Positions 25,464 through 38,465 of a stretch of DNA of 64,000 nucleotides are shown piece by piece. The number at the start of each line of letters is the position of its first letter. The stretch's first letter is position 1. The stretch lies in NCBI RefSeq assembly GCF_001194135.2, contig NC_069000.1, forward strand, positions 9,237,843 through 9,301,842, given 5' to 3'. Source of the DNA: Octopus bimaculoides. Lineage: Eukaryota. Position numbers and translations under genes: made by a program. The notes below the pieces were generated by a model. It was not told the origin of the DNA. It was given only the letters and a program-made list of their open reading frames with translations, and searched no databases.

Positions 25464-26423
25464 CATCATCATCATCGTTTAACGTCCGCTTTCCATGCTA
25501 GCATGGGTTGGACGATTTGACTGAGGACTGGTGAAACCGGATGGCAACACCAGGCTCCAGTCTGATTTGGCAGAGTTTCTACAGCTGGATGCCCTTCCTA
25601 ATGCCAACCACTCAGAGAGTGTAGTGGGTGCTTTTACGTATCACCCGCACGAAAACGGCCACGCTCGAAATGGTGTCTTTTATGTGCCACCCGCACAAGC
25701 CAGTCCAGGGGCACTGGCAACAATCTCGCTCGAAAATCCTACAGGAGCCAGTCAGGCGGTACTGGCAACGGCCACGCTCAAAATGGTGCATNNNNNNNNN
25801 NNNNNNNNNNNNNNNNNNNNNNNNNNNNNNNNNNNNNNNNNNNNNNNNNNNNNNNNNNNNNNNNNNNNNNNNNNNNNNNNNNNNNNNNNNNNNNNNNNNN
25901 NNNNNNNNNNNNNNNNNNNNNNNNNNNNNNNNNNNNNNNNNNNNNNNNNNNNNNNNNNNNNNNNNNNNNNNNNNNNNNNNNNNNNNNNNNNNNNNNNNNN
26001 NNNNNNNNNNNNNNNNNNNNNNNNNNNNNNNNNNNNNNNNNNNNNNNNNNNNNNNNNNNNNNNNNNNNNNNNACGAAGGTCTTGCCTCACCACCTCAGCC
26101 CAGGTCTTCCTGGGCCTACCTCTTCCACGGGTTCCCTCAACTGTTAGGGTGTGGCACTTTTTCACGCAGCTATCCTCCTCCATTCTCACCACATGTCCAT
26201 ACCAGCACAATCGTCTCTCTTGCACGCCACAACTGATGCTTCTAATGTTCAGCTTTTCTCTCAAGATACTTACACTCTGACGGGTATTCACATTGACATT
26301 ACACATCCAACGGAGCATACTGGCTTCATTCCTTGCGAGCTTACGTATGTCCTCAGCAGTTACAGCCCATGTTTCACTGCCATGTAGCATGGTTGTTCGT
26401 ACGCATGCGTCATACAGTCTGCC
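25464..26423 (-). mobile_element. RTE LINE 3' portion: ORF C-terminus, 3' UTR and (GAT)n tail; interrupted by an N gap
   Basis: GRLYDACVRTTMLHGSETW...RRLCWYGHVVRMEED...EGTRGRGRPRKTW is the typical RTE C-terminus. On the + strand the element ends in catcatcatcatcatcgtttaacgtccg. Confidence 0.92.
25792..26072. other. Assembly gap (N run) inside the RTE element
   Basis: N bases. Confidence 1.
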
Positions 26424-28084
26424 ACAGTTGCAGAGATATTAAAATGATGATGATGATATAGACTATACTGTGATAATATTATAATAATGATTCCTTATGC
26501 ATGTGCAATACTTCAGATCTAGACAGGAAAGGGAAAATGAGTATATGACATTTATACCTTTCTCAAGAAATTTGTAAATGAAGGGAAATGGTTTAAATCA
26601 GGAATCGAGAACTAGGTCAGAGATTCCACCAACAAGTGACTTGCCTCTACTAAGCTCATCACATAGTAACAATTATAAACATTACTTCTGAAGTATATAG
26701 TCTCCATAGAAATGTTGAGCCCATTAATGCAATAATATGTACAGATGTATTCACAAATCCGACACCACCACCACCACCACTACTACTACCACCATTTTTG
26801 TCCTCTTCTTTATAATGTAATAATAATCATCATCAACAACAGCATTAATATAATGATGATGTTGAACACTACACTAATAACAATTACAAAAATAACAGCG
26901 TCAGTAACAGCAGCAACGATGATATGAAAAGCATTTACAGTGGAGTAAATGACAGCTACAACAATTTAACCATTCGCTATAAAAATAGGGCCATAGAAAC
27001 TTCCAGTAATTTTGCTTGTGTGTTGAGTCGAGTGATAGATATTGATGGCCAACATCCCTTCAGGATAGACTCTGTAATTGCCTTTCATGTAGATAGGCAT
27101 TCTTGTCGATAAAGAACAGAAGGTAGTTTTCCACTGTTTTACTATGGTGACAATTGTGTGCAGAAATAAATATGGTGGTTTTAGCATTCTAAACCAGAAA
27201 ACACAAGAGTGAAAGGGAGAGGAGAATTGGTCAGAGTTGTGGCTAATAAAGAACACTATTTATACATAAAGTAAGCAATCATCATTATTGCCATAGTCAC
27301 TACAAGCTCAGCCTACTGGCATTTATATTTGATGGGTTGAGCAGGTCTGCAATATCATTTTCTTTATCAAACTGTCTTGATCTTTGCTCTCCTGCCTAAG
27401 ACATGAACATATTCACCCTTCCAATTTCCTTTTTTCTAAAACCCTTGGAAATCATACCTCTCTAAGAAAATGATGATGATGACAACAACAACAGTGATGA
27501 TGATGATGACGATGATGATGATAACAACTGGAATAGCAGGTGGGTTATGTTATTGAAAAAAGAAGTAAAGCCTGTTTAGTGAATGAGTAGGCTATGTTAA
27601 CGTTTGTGAATTTTTGGCTACTGTATAAAAACTGTTGCAATAATGTGCCTGTTTCTTGTTACTCCTGCTTTTCTATTATCTAAATTTATTGAGTCGTATC
27701 TCAGGAGAGTCATTATGCCTGTAATAAATTTATTTATATTTATAGTCGTGTCTATCTCATCAACATCTATAAGCTCCATTCGTCAAGTTGACATATTCAG
27801 GTTATGTCTAAGACAACCCTTCAATGCTTTGTCTATCAAGTCAACACCAAGGAGTTATTTTTTTCTCATAGTTATAATTTATAAATTTAGATACGACCGA
27901 TAGTAAAAAGTGAGAACATGGATCTTTGTCAGTTTCAGCAATAAGGAGCCAGTTGTTCCGCCAACTAAATTAACTAACTAGAATTAGTATGTATATGGTT
28001 GAATACTCCACAGATAACATACCATGAAACAGTGTGTGATGAGGTTGTACCTTTGAATCACAAGTACAACCCATTTGAGAGGCT

Positions 28085-28235
28085 TCTGTACAGTTTCTGT
28101 CTATCAAATTTCACTCACAAGACTTGGGTTGACTTGAGGCAATAGCAAAGAAAAAAGCTTGCCCTAGACGCTGAGTGGTGGGATCAAACTTAAGACCGCA
28201 TGATTGTGAAGCAAGCTTCTTAACCATTTCACTAT
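28085..28235 (-). mobile_element. SINE family A, 5' half
   Basis: tttctgtctatcaaatttcactcacaagacttgg...gcttgccctag...gcaagcttcttaacca. Confidence 0.6.
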
Positions 28236-29638
28236 GCAACAACCAAAATCTGACCAATACCTAAAAGCTACATGTCAAGTTAACATCTGTTTAAAATGTG
28301 ATACTCATCTAAGAAAAAGCTACAGGTTATATTAATCAACTCACAGGTTGTCCATTCAGTCAACACAAACAGCACTTGTTGATCTATTTGACATTTACAA
28401 GCTATATCTTATGTATTTGTATCTACAGGTTATGGTCCACCTAATTGCAAAACAACATTTACTTAGTATTTCTTTGAAAAGACAAGAATATTTGGCAGGT
28501 GACTTCTGGATAACTGATAAAAGTAATAAAAACAAGATAAGCAATAAATAAGAATGAACTAAGAATTTTTCTTAAGGCCCATGCTAAATCAATTTTGTAC
28601 TTTATTGTTTTAGATAATGTTTAGATATGGTATACTCATTGGAGTTTCAATAGCTGGATTTTAGGACAACAAGAACTGAAAGAAAATCTCATGATGCATG
28701 CAAATTTTACAAACTGTGCTGAAGCAAAATGTCCTTAAAACAAAACAAGTGATACGTTCTATATAATAATTTCCAATACTGTCAACTTATTTTGATAAAC
28801 ATCTGTATGTTTCACTCTAAAAGCATTATTTCTGAAGTAAATAATTTGGTTGTTCAAATGCCAAGTATAGCTGTGTGATAAAGCAGTTTACTTCCTAACT
28901 GTGCTTTCACTTTCAATCTTACTGTATAACATTTTGGGTGTCTTCTTGTATGTAACTTTGGACGAGCAATGCCTTGTGAGGAAATTTGGGAGATGGAAAC
29001 TGCAAAATGCCTGTCATAAACATACATAAAAGCTTACTTGCTACATACCTACATATGTATATAAGTAGATATGTATATATGTGAAGAAGATAAAGCTAAG
29101 AAGAACATTGGAAATTATAGCAAAAGTACAAGAGACAAAGTACAAGCTAGGGCTTGCTGTGAGGAATGTTGGCAGTTTGAGGCACCTTAAATTATGGGTA
29201 AATGTTCACTTTCTAAACATGTCAATTTATATTTGCTTCTATGTGAGAGTGTATGAATGCATGACTGAATATTTATATTCAGGTTTGTGAAGGGTACATA
29301 CTGTAGCACTGGAAAGGTATGAATGTGCTGTTTTAAGTACACAATTAGGCACACGCGAGTACTGTTACATGATAGTCAGTGTGTGTTGAGCTGGGTTCCT
29401 AATACAAATTCTATTCTTTGTTAAACACTTTTCACTTTTCTAATACCTACAATTTCACGCCATAGTCAACAGAATGTTCAGAGATAAGCGATGTCAAGCT
29501 TGTTCACCCTAAAACACACTAAATGAATATGAAGTTTTTTTTATATTTTAACCTAAAAATACATTTTATGTAAGGAACATTCTCTTGTGTGTGTGTGTGT
29601 GTGTGTGTGGACAGGCAGAGAGAGAGACAGACAGACAG

Positions 29639-29696
<58 letters not shown>

Positions 29697-30564
29697 GTGA
29701 CTGAACAAATGAAAGAAAGTAGCACTCAAATTTGGTTGGAGTTCATGCATTTAACAACAATCTGATTCAGCTTCACATTAAAGTTTTGTGAGGACATATG
29801 ACATGTCCACCTCATCAAATGCTTGGAAACACAGTAAAGAGTGTAAAAGAAATTCAAAATGGCTTCTGAGTGTTTAGGACTCCATTGGTCAGTGCAGGGC
29901 ATGTAGCGGAAATGTTGTCAAAGTGACAACAGTTATTTTCTCTGATTTTAGGTCCATAAGCTGTGGAAGGATGTTGGTGTCACTTTGGTAGCAGGCTGCA
30001 GTGTGGTATATTTGGCGACATCAATTCCATGTATTGAGTACTGCATGTGGTGGGGTATGGAAGACGTTGGTGCCACAGTCAATGTCATCTCTCTGTGGAG
30101 TTTGAACACATTAGTGACAGTAGTCCTTATGCATGTGTGTGTGTGGGGTGGCATTCTGATGGTATCAGGCTACAATTGAGGTCATGTAATTAATATGAGT
30201 AGACTGTAGTCTATACCAGCAGCAGGGACAATACACTCTGCCCTTATAGGTTGATCACCTAGACCTAAGGTGGTATATCTAGGTTATCAGCAACCAGAGA
30301 CTTGAAGTTCATTAACAAATGTACCTCTGCTAGCAGCAATAAGATAGTTAATTCTTCTTATTGATGAATACTGAAGGCCAGTGAAGTACGCGTTGTTTCT
30401 CAAAGAGGCAGACTTGTCGATTATGAGCCCCATGTGAGTAAGGAGGGGCCCTGTCAAAGATGTTCCATTTGATGTTGGGGAAATCATGTTGATGCTTCCA
30501 GTGTCTCCAGATGAAACGGGACAAGGAGATTGCAGTGATTAGGTGGCTACACACACACACACAT

Positions 30565-30710
30565 TGCCACATGGTTAAGAAGTTTTCCAAGCAAAAACAA
30601 AGTCTTGGGTTCAATCACAATGCATGGCATCTTTGTCCAGTGCCATCTACCATCACTTCAGGTCAACCCAAGCCTTGTAAGTGAAATTAGGTACATAGAA
30701 ACTGTTTGGG
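30565..30710 (+). mobile_element. SINE family A, 5' half
   Basis: atggttaagaagttttcc...gggttcaatcacaatgcatggcatctttgtccagtg...aagccttgtaagtgaaatt. Confidence 0.6.
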
Positions 30711-31119
30711 AGTCTGTTGGATGGAATGTATCAGTAATTGAAAGACTATGCCTTGTTACACTAGGTCTCCCTGAGTTTAACATTAAGGGCACACACATCT
30801 GTGGAATACTCAGCCACTCATACACTAATTCAATGGAGATCTGGTTGAATATGTTCTTTTATTTGTCAAAAACCATTATAGCCAAGGCTATGCTGGAGCT
30901 CTACTTTTGAGTATCTCCATTTTTCCTAACAATCATTTTTTCCCCCTCTGATCCAAATATTTTCTGAGAATACCATGAATGTGATTCTCTTCAAGGATAA
31001 TATCATAATTTCTTACTTACACACATAGGGCTTTGATGTTTTAAGTGAAGAGAAGAATTATGTAACGTTCAAACACTCATATTTGTGATAGAGGTTAAAA
31101 GATTTCAAAAAGGATTCAT

Positions 31120-31125
31120 ACTACT

Positions 31126-31180
<55 letters not shown>

Positions 31181-31228
31181 GTGCTGCTGCTACTGCCGTC
31201 ACCGCCGCCACCACCACCACCACCACCA
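31120..31228. repeat. Compound (CTA)n/(CTG)n/(CCA)n trinucleotide tract
   Basis: Direct reading. Confidence 0.9.
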
Positions 31229-33039
31229 AAACACAAGGAACAGATTTGAACAAGTGATTTAAATCTTAGCCACAATCTCTTTTACTTTCTTTCTGAGAGA
31301 ATAGAGGATAAAGCATGTTAACTCAGTGACTGCTTATTACATTTATTTTCTAAATCCTTGTTTTAGCTTTGAATATCTAAGTCAACTCAAGATAAAATGA
31401 AATCAATCTAAAGATACAATGAAGCATCATGTTGTCTGCCAACTGTGTTGTATCTCTATCCAACCATTAGCAAAAAATAAAAAAAGAGAATAATATGCAA
31501 ATCAATATCTTGATAGAAGGAACACTTCCAGAAAGCAGTTTACTTGGAAAAGAGATCAAAGATTTTCTTTGATATTGTAGTACCTGTTAGATAAAATGAA
31601 GTAAATGAATAAAGCTTTTGTGACAAAGCAGTAGGAAAGAGAATGTGTGACAATATTTCCAATGATAAGCAGATGTAGAGTGGCAGATAATCCAACTGTG
31701 AATGTTAGCCATATCTTTGGCTTTGTATTAATTAGTTGCCAAAGGTAATTAGTACCAACATTTATTAGAGATGCTTCAATTAAGATTATATCTTTTCAGG
31801 TGTTGGTCTTGTTGAATATGATATATTGAATAAGATAATGCTCATTAAGATAATGCTCATTAAGTATTGCTAGTGAGTATGGTGGTGATTGATTTCCTTC
31901 AATGCTATTATTAATAAGTTATTGTGAGGTTAAGATTGTAATTTATTAATTAAGAGTAATGGTTAGAGATAGCATGTAGCAAGATGTGGTTGCAAATGTT
32001 GCCAGCATGTAATGCAGTTTATACTGAAGAAAGAGAGTGGTTGTGAAAAGATTATGCATGTATTGGTTGAAGAAGTGTGCATAATAAGCCAAATCTTTGT
32101 AGCACTCCATTCAAAGGCAATATGTAATGAAAATATTATTTTTATGGGTGCTGCTGCTACTGCTACTACTACATACTCTTGTGCATCTATCACATCTGAA
32201 GTCTTAGTCTTCTGTCAGCATGCCAAGCTATGCTTTTAAGTTCAGAAAATTTTCTGCAACATTTTGACAGATTCAGTTGTAAGAATCAGGTTATCAACAT
32301 ATAAATGCTTTGAAACATAACCAGTTCTGAACTCTTTCATAATAGCCTCAAGGACTCCTATATAAAGAAACTCATAATGGAGATGTAGTGGACATCTATT
32401 TTATGCTAAATTCTTGATCAAAGTTGCCCTCAAACCTAACTTCGCCAGCAGTATACTTGTACATGATTTGCATAAATTCCATTAGCCATCTTTTTACAAG
32501 TAGCTTATTTAGCACCTATCAAGGCTTTCTTGCAATCAAAAAATGAAGAGTAGCTTATTCTTAGCCAAGTAAGAATGTCATTTTCAGTTACCTCTGGCAT
32601 AAATTGTAATTGCATCTTATTCAAGCTAACCCGATCCTCAACTAACTTTGCAAAAATTTTCTCAGTTGTTATGAAGACTTGATCCATTGGTTAAGAGTTA
32701 ATGTCTCTGAAATTGCTAGTCTCTGGTGCATCTGATGTCCTTGAAGTAATTAACAGAAATATTGCCACACCAGTCAGTAGGGATAGCATCTTCCTGCACT
32801 ACTCAATTAATAAACATATACATAGCCTGATGTTTTGCAGCTATAAACAGCTGAGTTTGCTGCTTTCCTTACTTTCATTCCCCTTACTACACTATCTCCC
32901 TATATTAAAGCTAATCTTAGTAGTTGGCCTCATTGTTGTAGCTGATTTTTCATCTTAACTCATCCTTGATTCAGCAGATCTATGCTTAAAGGCATCCCAG
33001 CCATGACTATCACACCTTTTCTTTTCAGGGTTCCTTGAG

Positions 33040-33077
33040 ACATTTAATTTGTGAAAAGGTTGAGAAACACTGCTCTA
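33040..33077 (-). mobile_element. hAT/Charlie-like terminal sequence
   Basis: aaaaggttgagaaacactgctctaga, reverse complement CAGTGTTTCTCAACC, typical of Charlie-type TIRs. The partner end was not confidently found. Confidence 0.4.
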
Positions 33078-33372
33078 GACTGTCAAAAAGACTTTCACAT
33101 AGTTCTGTATAACCTCAGATACTAAGCACTGATACTAAAAAACTTTCAGAGATTTTTCAGCATTATTTAATCTTCAAATGTAACATTTTACACGAGTCTA
33201 TCAGCCCCATGTATGAAGAGTTCAATTTCAAACATTCCTCTGAAATAAAGTGGAACTTCAAACAACTTACAAATATTTTTTTAAAATTATAATGTGATTA
33301 CAAATAATTCAATGCTGAAACATTAAACTGATTTTATAAATATTGGAAACAATAAGAGAATGAGAAACTTAC

Positions 33373-33499
33373 CTTTAATTCTTTTATCTCTTTCCGTGTC
33401 TTGTAACCTTTGTAACTGGCTTGTATTTTTGTGGCAGCATCCTCAAGAGCCTCATCAGGAGGGAATTCTGACAGTAGTTCACTTTCAGTTTCAGGAGCT
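33373..33499 (-). CDS. SPA17: Coding exon (127 nt, phase 2>0): APETESELLSEFPPDEALEDAATKIQASYKGYKTRKEIKELK, IQ motif 1
   Basis: Acceptor tattttaacag| and donor AAG|gtaagtt. Acidic linker followed by an IQxxx[K/R]Gxxx[R/K] motif preceded by AATK, as in GAP-43 and neurogranin. Confidence 0.9.
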
Positions 33500-33639
33500 C
33501 TGTTAAAATAGAACCAATTCTAAGTTCAGTCCTTTGTGTATTGTATAAACTTCAGTGAAAATACCCACATAAGTACCAAGCCTTTACTCACTAAATTTCA
33601 TCTTACTGACAACACCTCTATACATGGCTGGTATGGCTC

Positions 33640-34190
33640 TCATAAGCCATTTGTCTACTACTAGCTTCCTCAACAACCGTCAAGTCACAGAGTGTGGGAC
33701 TCTGTCAAAGGCTTTCTTCAAATTGATGAATGCTAAGAACATCAGCTTAATTTAAGCTAAATACATTGCCTGCAATTGCCTTACTAGAAGCTAATTGCCT
33801 TCTTAATTGAATTACAACTCTTTCTGTAAATTTCATGACCTGATCCAGCAATTTGATAACCCTGTAATTACCTTTCTGTAAGGCATCACCTTTATACTGG
33901 TAACAGTTGACCATAAAGCTGCTACACTAGTCATTGGGTTTGACACATTCCCATACAACTTGATTGATTAAACAAGTAACTAGGCTGTATCCTATGCTGC
34001 CATATATTTTAAGCTACTCAGCAGTAGTTCCTGATAGTCCACAAGCTTGCCCTACCTTTATCTATTCATACTGCTGTCTGTTAAACTGGCTAATCTCTCT
34101 GTTGAATTTATGTTGAGAAAACTCTCTTCATCCCATACATTCTCCGCACATATGTATTGCTCCTTCACCATCATGAACAGGGTAGAGTGC
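33640..34190 (-). mobile_element. Degraded RTE RT fragment, same family as 1-335
   Basis: Colinear nucleotide similarity to 1-335 (gggac.ctgtcaaaggctttct, ctgatc.a.ca..ttgat..c.ctgtaatta, cagttgac.at.a.gctgctacac), with a deletion and stops. Boundaries approximate. Confidence 0.75.
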
Positions 34191-34674
34191 TATTGCTAGT
34201 ATGTGTGTGTATTTCATCAATCAATAATATTAATACACTAACTTTTTGTATGTACCTGTTGTGTGTGTCACACTTACTTCTAAGAAGTGGCAAAGCGAGA
34301 GACAGGAGGACAAAGAGGAAGTAAGAGAGAAAGAGAGAGTGAGAGAGAAAGTGAAGGAGTGAGTGAGAAAGAGAGAGAGAGAGAGAGAGTGAAAGAGACA
34401 GTGAATGGTGACGGTGTTCGTTTTTGTGTTTTTAAATGTTTATCACATCGCAAAAGAAGTAGATACATAGATACATATACACATTGTTAAATCAAAAGCA
34501 AGAGAAGAGGGACACAAAGGAAGTGAAAGAGAAAGAGAGTGAGAGAGACAGGAGATACATAAATCCAAAGAAAAGTTCATATATAGATACATAGACACAG
34601 CAAATATTGGCTGTCAGTTTTACTTTTCATTACCACACAAGGATAAAATTAACTCACAAATGAACACAAACTTA

Positions 34675-34750
34675 GCCCACGCAGTGGGACTGAACCTGAA
34701 ACCATGTGGTTGAGAAGTAAGCTTCTTACCACACAGCTATGCCTGTGCCT
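34675..34750 (-). mobile_element. SINE family A tRNA-like head
   Basis: cacgcagtgggactgaacctgaaaccatgtggttgagaagtaagcttcttaccacacagctatgcctg. Confidence 0.75.
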
Positions 34751-37700
34751 ATAATATAAATATATATAATGTACAACAACAGTCAAAATCAATTTCAACA
34801 AGATTTTGAATTTCTCACCTACTATGTAGATAAAATATAGAATAACAACTGTTTTTTTTTTTTAGATGAACTATGAATGTTCTTTGGGGAAAGTTTTATG
34901 TTCCATGATATATAAGATGTGTAGGGTAAAATAAATATACACATGAATGTTGTGTATGATAAAACAAAGATGTGTTGGTTGAAATATAGATGCTGAGCTA
35001 GAAGGAAAACACAACACATAATCATAGAGGAAATAGGTATGTATTGCAGCTGCTGCTTAACAGAATGTCTTTGGAGAGATTAAATGATTAGCTTTCTAAA
35101 TGAAAATGATAGGAAGAGTAAGTTTTCTTAGTTTATTTTTAAAAGTTATGCTAAGTTTAAGATAAAACTGGATTGGTTTACATGCTGTCAGTACACTTTA
35201 CGATAAAGGTGCTCTAGACTGATGAAATAGTTTACACAGAGCCAAATATGATGACAGACAATTTTATTAATTTCAGTTTTCAGTTAAAAACGGTTTTTAC
35301 TTTTATTGTTGTAGCTATACAGCTCATAGCAGGTAAGTGTGCACAGTGAACACTGACCTGCCACAAGTTGTATAGTTTTGATGTTACTATCCATGGATCA
35401 CATTTTACTGAGGCAGACATCATGACAGTATCTTGGCAATCTCTTTGGATTATATTTTTATTTATTTATTTTGCAGTTTATTATTTACTTTTCCATCTTG
35501 CTTGTTATTCCTTTTGGCACTAACCCACTCTAGACCACTTCATTTTTTCCCATGATACAAGTTTGAAGCATGCATACCTAAATTAATTTCCCCTCTGCAC
35601 AGAAATTGTGCAGGAGTGCATTCTTATGCATGTGCACACATGTGTAATTATTTTCTTTTCTCTGTCTATACAAATACACATATATATACACACACTCACA
35701 CACACATATATATATATATAACAAAGGGCGCTCTCTCTCTTTTCTCTCAGACTGAAGTGCAGATTGGTATGATATTTATGTGTGAAGTGTAGTACTGCAT
35801 AGTAGTGAAGAACTATCTCCTAAATCAGTAAAGTCTATCTGCCTTCAAGTTTTGCAAGATTTGAATTCTACAAAAGAGCTACAAAATAAATAAATAAATA
35901 AAAATGAAGCAATTCCTTAAAAACATTGGTTGAGACCTTTCTGAAAAGTGAAATAATTCTTGACCATAAGGTTGAAATCCATTTTAAAATCTCACTAACT
36001 GTTAAGTGAGCATGACTGCCTTAAAAAGTTATAAAAATCTCCTGAAATTACAAAAACCCATTCAAATCATAGTTGTATGGACAAATACTAAGTATCCATT
36101 CAATACTGGTTATCTTACATCACACTCAACTCAAATCTAACATTGCTGGTTACACTAAAAAACAGGGGTGACTAGAACCTGACTATTCTCAAATGATTTG
36201 CAGTGCTGCTGACTTCAACAGAGTGAAATGGCTGAAACAGATAAAGCATAGAATTACATGCTGATTGGATTGGTTTTGTGTTGAAATCTTTTTTATATGT
36301 TTTGCTGTATTTATAAGCTGGTCTCTTAATCCTGTGTCTCAATTTATCTAGCACTCATGGATAAGTATTAAGTTTTCTTTGAATAGCGCCTTCCAAAGAG
36401 AGAATTATCTATCTATTTAACACTTTGAAACTGAGCTAAACATTAGGAAAATGCTATTTAAAAACTGAACTTCAGCATATTTCTAGGTGATTCACCATCA
36501 AAACAATTGTAATATATTTTTAGTAAATTCAATTTTGTTTGAGAATTGTACTTCTGAACTGGTTGAATTACTAAGAAGCAATATGTTCAACATTTGTATA
36601 ACTTAGAAGATATTTTTTGACTTTATACTACAGGATATATAAGATATGTTGTACTAAGGCTTTGTACTGTTATGGTATCCAAACAAATATTATCTCAATG
36701 TTCTTCCTATATTTCTGCTCAAACAACTTCACCTTAGTACTTTAATTCACTTGAAAAGATTTAGTTTTTAAGTTTGAAGAGATAAAACACATGAATATTA
36801 TAAAATGTCTCTTTCTTTAGAATCTTTCTATAATTGAATGGAAAACTGCTTTGGCCAATAAAACAAAGAATAATTAATCTCTCAAGAGAATACAAGCTGA
36901 ATATTAAATTATATCTCAGTTTATAGAAAAATAAATCTTTTCATGTAAGATTAACATTAAAAAAAAAAAAAACATTAAAAGAATGCAAGAAAGAACTGTC
37001 ACAGAAAATATTCTGTAGTAGCATTGTGTTCAACCATATATATTAAAATGCTCTGTATGTTTTTTTTTTAACTATAGTAATTCTAGTTTAACTTGATAAC
37101 AGAAGAATTTTTTTTTCTTTCTTTTCATACATTCTGGGTGTAGTAAAAAATAAACTGCAGTATGAAGAGGCACACTGGCAATGCTTTGGCTACTATAGAT
37201 TATGAATTATTGCATTTCTAAATTGCCATAAAAATGGGAAAATTCCAGTCGGTAAAAGAGAATTGAAAGCTTTTATTCTGCTTTGTGATAAACAACTCAT
37301 CAAATGTAAAATAAACATGGAAGAATAATTTGCCAATTAGAGAAACTTAAGAATGCCGGAAAGGTTGCTGCAGATCAACGTATTTGTGTTGGTTTTGATA
37401 GAAGACATTGTGTTAGACTATGTAAAAATTTAATTTCCTATTTAAGTCTCTGGTCTAAAATAGCTCTCATTAATGAATGTGAAAAGAAAAACAAACCATT
37501 AATACAAGATTCTTTTTTTCCTTTCCACTAAAAAACAACAACATCAGACATTCCTGTGTCTTTTACTGATAAATGTTTTGAAAAGGTCACTAGCCGACAA
37601 CCAGCCAATGTTTCTAAAGTGCAGAAACCTTTATATCAGCAAGATAATCATTACAGACGAGAAGTCCATGTATTTTATGGCATTTACTTATTTTACTTTA

Positions 37701-38339
37701 ACCCTATACTAAAGAAAAATGTTAGCTTTATTTGACTCAATGTGTGTGCATGTATGTGTTTGTGAGAGAGAGAGAGAGAGGGGAGAGAGAGAGGTAGAAG
37801 AGAAAGTTAGAGAGAGAGAGGGAGAGAGATAAAGAGAGAGACTGGACATTTTTAGATTCTGAGTAGGCTGGTTCCCAGGCAGAGCTAAGATGATATTCCT
37901 TTGATAACAGTTGGGTGTAGGCAAAACTACAAAGCCATTCTTACCATATTCACAAAATAAAACAGCTATTGTTGTTGATGGCATTATTGTGCTAAGGTTA
38001 TCAATGTTGCACTTTATAGTAAGAAAAGATAAAACTACATTAAAGATATTTAAGTCAGTTAATAAGCTGAATTTGGTCATGATAAAGTTAAAATGCTAAT
38101 GGTGACTAACCAGCAAAGAATTGTCATTGAAAATAACATGAGAAAAATATTCTTACTAAAAGTCATATTGTATCAAGTAATTCCTAATGTGTTAACAAAC
38201 TTTCACTCTTAATAAACTCTTTTATATTTCTTCTTTCTTTTTATATATTTTCTTCTTCCTGTTAGTAGTTCGACTAGTACTAAAGTTTTAGATATTTGCA
38301 GATTAATCGTTGAGGAAAAATGCCCCCCACTGCTGGCCA

Positions 38340-38465
38340 CATATCTTTTATTTGTTTCAGTCATTGCACAGTGCCATACTGGGGCACTAACTTGAAGGGT
38401 TTAGTCAAACAAATTACCCCTGACACTTATTTTTTAAACCTTGGTACTTATTCTATTGGTTTCAA
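38340..38465 (-). mobile_element. SINE family A-like 3' tail
   Basis: cttttatttgtttcagtcattgcacagtgccatactggggcac...ttagtcaaacaaattacccc...ggtacttattctattggt. Confidence 0.55.

Noticed and set aside
36172-36240. Strong minus-strand acceptor tttatctgtttcag
   Set aside because: The required phase 2 frame hits TGA within 14 codons and the donor is weak.
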